Origin: Macrostomum lignano
Lineage: Eukaryota
DNA length: 64,000 nt
Reading direction: 5' to 3'
NCBI GenBank assembly: GCA_002269645.1
Contig: NIVC01000436.1
Coordinates: 1-64,000 of the forward strand
The position numbers and the translations under genes were made by a program. Shown piece by piece: positions 60,201-64,000 of this stretch (position 1 is its first letter; each line of letters starts with the position of its first letter). The notes beneath the pieces are model-generated. The model had not been told where the DNA came from and ran no database searches. It saw only the letters and a list, made by a program, of their open reading frames with translations.

Positions 60201-63200
60201 ATGAGGTGGGTGAGGTAGGTAAGATTCAACCCAACCAACTAACAGTCAGTCAGCCCATGCATAAATTACCCGACAGTATTGTACTGCAATAAACACAATA
60301 GATTTTTTGTATAGCCTTCTTTCTCTCTTCTCTCCCTCTCACGCACGCGCGCTATAATTAGTTTTGCCAATATATACCTCAGCCTAGTAAATATACTGGC
60401 GCAGCAGAGCCAAAACTAAAACCCCACAATGTGCTTTCTCGTCCGTTCTAACCTAGTCTCCGTCAATCATACAGAAGCTTAATTTAAGAGCTCGGCCGAA
60501 AACAAAAACCAGTGGCGCTAAAACCAATGCCCAGTGGCGCTAAAACCAATGCCCAGTGGCGCTAATACCAATGCTCAGTGGCGCTAAAACCAATGCCCAG
60601 TGGCGCTAAAACCAATGCCCAGTGGCGCTAAAACCAATGCCCAGTGGCGCTAAAACCAATGCCCAGTGGCGCTAAAACCAATGCCCAGTGGCGCTAATAC
60701 CAATGCTCAGTGGCGCTAAAACCAATGCCCAGTGGCGCTAAAACCAATGCCCAGTGGCGCTAAAACCAATGCCCAGTGGCGCTAAAACCAATTGCCCAGT
60801 GGCGCTAAAACCAATTGCTCAGTGGCGCTAAAACCAATTGCCCAGTGGCGCTAAAACCAATGCCCAGTGGCGCTAAAACCAATTGCCCAGTGGCGCTAAA
60901 ACCAATGCCCAGTGGCGCTAAAACCAATGCCCAGTGGCGCTAAAACCAATTGCTCAGTGGCGCTAAAACCAATTGCCCAGTGGCGCTAAAACCAATGCCC
61001 AGTGGCGCTAAAACCAAAGTCAGCGGCGAAAACAATCAGCCTAACCCAACAAACTAACCTGTGCCTGGACTCTGCTGCGTGGCCGCGTCTCTGGCGTCGA
61101 GGCGTTCCGGTCGAACCGCTGCCAGTTCTGTGCCGCTTCTTTCTAGACGAGTTCTCAGCGTCGCTGCCAGCTACAGAATCTGCGCTGGAATCGGACCTGG
61201 CATCCTCTAGATTAGCCAACTGAGCTAGCAGCATCTGTTTCTCCTGTTCCAGCTTTCTCAACGACATATCCTGGGTGCTGCTGCGACCGGCGGCGACTGC
61301 GGCAGCTACCGCCGCTGCGGCCGCATTAGCAGCGGCGGCAACACTTGAAGCAACGGCAGCTGCTGAGGATGCCGATTCGTTGCCAATAACAGCATTGGAG
61401 ACGTCTTCTCCAGAGGACAGATTGGAATCGCTGCTGGAATCCCGACGTCTGCTACTAGCAGTTGGATGCCCACCACCAGCAGCAGCAGAAGCAGCAGTGG
61501 CAGTCAAAGCGCTAATTCGATTCGATGACGCGCTGGTGGAACTGATGGGAGCTGCGATTGAACAGCTGGACGCTATGCTAGCCGTTGTTGCCGGCGGATG
61601 CGACACTGTCGCTGTCGATGCAACTGACGATGCGGCGCCAACGGAGATATTCGACGCGACTAACGAGGAGGCGGTGGACACGGCCAGGGTGGCCACCGAG
61701 GCTAAGCCGCGCCGACCAGACGAGGACGTCGCTCTTTCGCCGCCGCCGCCGCCGGAGCCTTTGCTGGCGCTACGCCGACGCCGAGAGGAATTAGAGGCCA
61801 GCCGACTGTTGCTGCGCTCGAGTAGGGATCGAAGATCGCCGCTGCCTAGCGCCGGCCTGACCGGACTAGACGAAGTCGACGAGTCTGCTGAATGCTTGGC
61901 GCCGCCGTGGTGGCTGGTGGGCGACCGGCTTGAGTGACGCCAGCCGCGACCGCCGCCGCCTTTCTGGCTGCCGCTGCCCGACGGGGAGGAAGTTGCTCCC
62001 GGCTGGTGCCGGTTGTAGCCGTGCTGGTGCTGCTGTCTGCGGCTGCTACCGCCGCCGCCGTGCTGACGGCGAGAACTGCTGCTACGGCTGGATTGCGGGC
62101 CGCCGCGACCGCCCCCTGGCAGGTAATCGTCGGCGTAGCTCTGATCGGAGTAGGGCGAGCTGAACTCGTCTTGCCTGCGGGGGGTGTTAGAGGAGACGGC
62201 AATTTTAGTGGGATCAATAGCTTCAGTTTAAGCCCGGAGGCTGGCCCAGCAACTGAGGATCTGGGAGGCTGATGGCTTAGCAACTGAGGATCTGAGAGGC
62301 TGGTGGCTCAGTAACTGATGATCTGGGAGGCTGGTGGCTCAGTAACTGAGGATCTGGGAAGCTGGCCTAGTAACTGGGGATCTGGGAAGCTGGCCTAGTA
62401 ACTAGGGATCTGGGAAGCTGGCCTAGTAACTGGGGATCTGGGAAGCTGGCCTAGTAACTGGGGATCTGGGAGGCTGGCCCAGCAACTTAGGCTGGCTCAG
62501 GAACTGACGATCTGGGGGTGGCGGATGTCAGTTTACAAAAATCGTGGTTTAAAGAAATGCCTAGACATACCTTCTGAAGTGGTCGCCAGAGCTTTCATAA
62601 TGGTGATCGCGAAATTTTCTCCAGGACTTGTGATTCGATTTCACATAATCATCCGTAATCACCATGTCGGAGCGGTAACGACCTTTGCTGCCGCCTCGGC
62701 CGCCAGCGCTGCCGCCGCCACCACTGCTGCCGCTGCCGCTGCGACCGTGGACGGCGCCACGATCGAATTCGGGCGGATAAAGTTGCTCGAATATCCTGCG
62801 CAGATGATAAAGCAGATTGACAAAGTTGAAAAGCATGCTTGTAGAGACAAACTCCCCGTAAATCTAGAGACAAACTTCCTTTAAATCTAGAGACAAACTC
62901 CCCGTAAATCTAGAGACAAACTCCCTGTAAATCTAGAGACAAACTCCCTGTAAATCTAGAGACAAACTCCCTGTAAATCTAGAGACAAACTCCCTGAAAA
63001 TCTAGAGACAAACTCCCTGAAAATCTAGAGACAAACTTCCTTTAAATCTAGAAACAAACTCCCCGTAAATCTAGAGACAAACTTCCTTTAAATCTAGAGA
63101 CAAACTCCCCGTAAATCTAGAGACAAACTCCCTGCACATCTAGAGACAAACTGCCTGTAAATCTAGAGACAAACTCCCTGCACATCTATAGACAAACTCC

Positions 63201-63864
63201 CTGTACATCTATAGACAAACTCCCTGTACATCTATAGACAAACTCCCTGTACATCTATAGACAAACTCCCTGTACATCTATAGACAAACTCCCTGTACAT
63301 CTATAGACAAACCCCCTGCAAATCTAGAGACAAAACTCCAGTAAAAAAAAGCAAGGCCGGTACTCACTTGTAACCGCTGCGACTTTTGCCGCCAGTCCTA
63401 GCCAGATCTTCCATGAAATCTCTCTGACACTTTTGGCTAGCAAAGTCGGCTTGCAGTTTCCTGCCGCAGAGATAACGATTCTTCATCTCCATAAGAGCTT
63501 TTTGCGCCTCGTCGGAATGATGAAAATATACTAGAGCTCGTAATCGATTGAAATTTAAGCAAACATTTCGAACCCGACCGTAAGTTGAGAACGTTTTAGA
63601 TAGGAATGATTCGCTAACGTTCTCGGACAGATTGCCCAACCAGAGACACTCGGTTGGCGGGGAGCGGCCGAATCCTAGCTTTGGCTTCTGGCCTTTCAAA
63701 GCAACCGTATCTGGCCGTTTTAACACGCCAACAACGCTTTTAATATCGGGAAATTGTACGAAAGCGTAGGCGCTGCAACTGCTGCCGGTGCTATTGTTGC
63801 CGCCAGGACCAGTGTTGCCGGAGCCGCTGTTACTGTTGCTGCTTTGAATTTTGATGTCGATGTC
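53335..63864 (-). CDS. spen: Split ends / SHARP-like RRM + SPOC protein (5' end lies beyond the window)
   Basis: Model complement(join(53335..60067,61059..62174,62571..62795,63368..63864)), phase-compatible. The RRM exon reads DIDIK...AYAFVQFPDI...KLGFGRSPPTECLWLGNLS...QADFAS. The C-terminal SPOC reads RYPVRWQGKMALKND...QRMRMEPTQLEGV...YLQEKQAAGIVNV...VVHIFPP...HLLVVVTTV. Confidence 0.95.
60508..61015. repeat. 22-bp minisatellite CAGTGGCGCTAAAACCAATGCC (spen intron)
   Basis: About 23 copies inside intron 60068..61058. Confidence 0.97.
62236..62520. repeat. 28-bp minisatellite of the same family as the PAPSS intron array (spen intron)
   Basis: GGAGGCTGGCCCAGCAACTGAGGATCTGGGAGG is identical to the unit at 36724-36912. 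Confidence 0.93.
62843..63340. repeat. 23-bp minisatellite AAATCTAGAGACAAACTCCCTGT (spen intron)
   Basis: About 21 copies inside intron 62796..63367. Confidence 0.96.
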
Positions 63865-64000
63865 CTGATGAAGTTTATTTTAGGGTTTTTATTAACAAAG
63901 TCGATTTAATATTAATGCAGCGTGTTTTGAGTTGAGTCGGAACAAACATTACCAAGCAGTTGGCTCTTTAATAACTGTCTATGGCCAATAGATAGCCATA

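Noticed and set aside
53293-62283. Many antisense and alternative-frame ORFs over spen
   Set aside because: Shadows of GC-rich low-complexity coding sequence.
1275-63340. Regular tandem arrays as CRISPR arrays
   Set aside because: The units are contiguous without unique spacers, there are no cas genes, and the DNA is eukaryotic and intronic.

Overview
Eukaryotic (animal) genomic DNA, not prokaryotic. It has GT-AG introns, GC-rich and poly-Gln/Ala-rich exons, and AT-rich intergenic DNA. The style resembles the free-living flatworm Macrostomum lignano, but that is inference only. I built spliced models by hand for eight genes: p38 MAPK (-), an uncharacterised 9-exon ~612-aa gene (-), dynein light chain roadblock (+), a GT31 beta-1,3-glycosyltransferase (-), a 3beta-HSD/NSDHL-family SDR (+), bifunctional PAPS synthase (+), steroid 5-alpha-reductase (-) and the 3' part of spen/SHARP (-; RRM exons plus SPOC). 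There is also one orphan ORF. About 30 different tandem arrays (4-86 bp units) are present, and most long introns are each filled by their own minisatellite. These arrays account for most of the long repetitive ORFs in the ORF track. Mobile DNA comprises a hAT-type MITE with an 8-bp TSD, a long inverted-repeat element and a tRNA-derived SINE. Best leads: (1) the intron-by-intron minisatellite system, including one 28-bp family shared by two genes 25 kb apart; (2) a possible steroid-modification gene neighbourhood (3beta-HSD-like, 5-alpha-reductase, PAPSS, GT31); (3) an RFX X-box bidirectional promoter linking an uncharacterised gene to roadblock, suggesting a new ciliary gene. Four single-base frameshifts all fall in homopolymers and are probably assembly errors.
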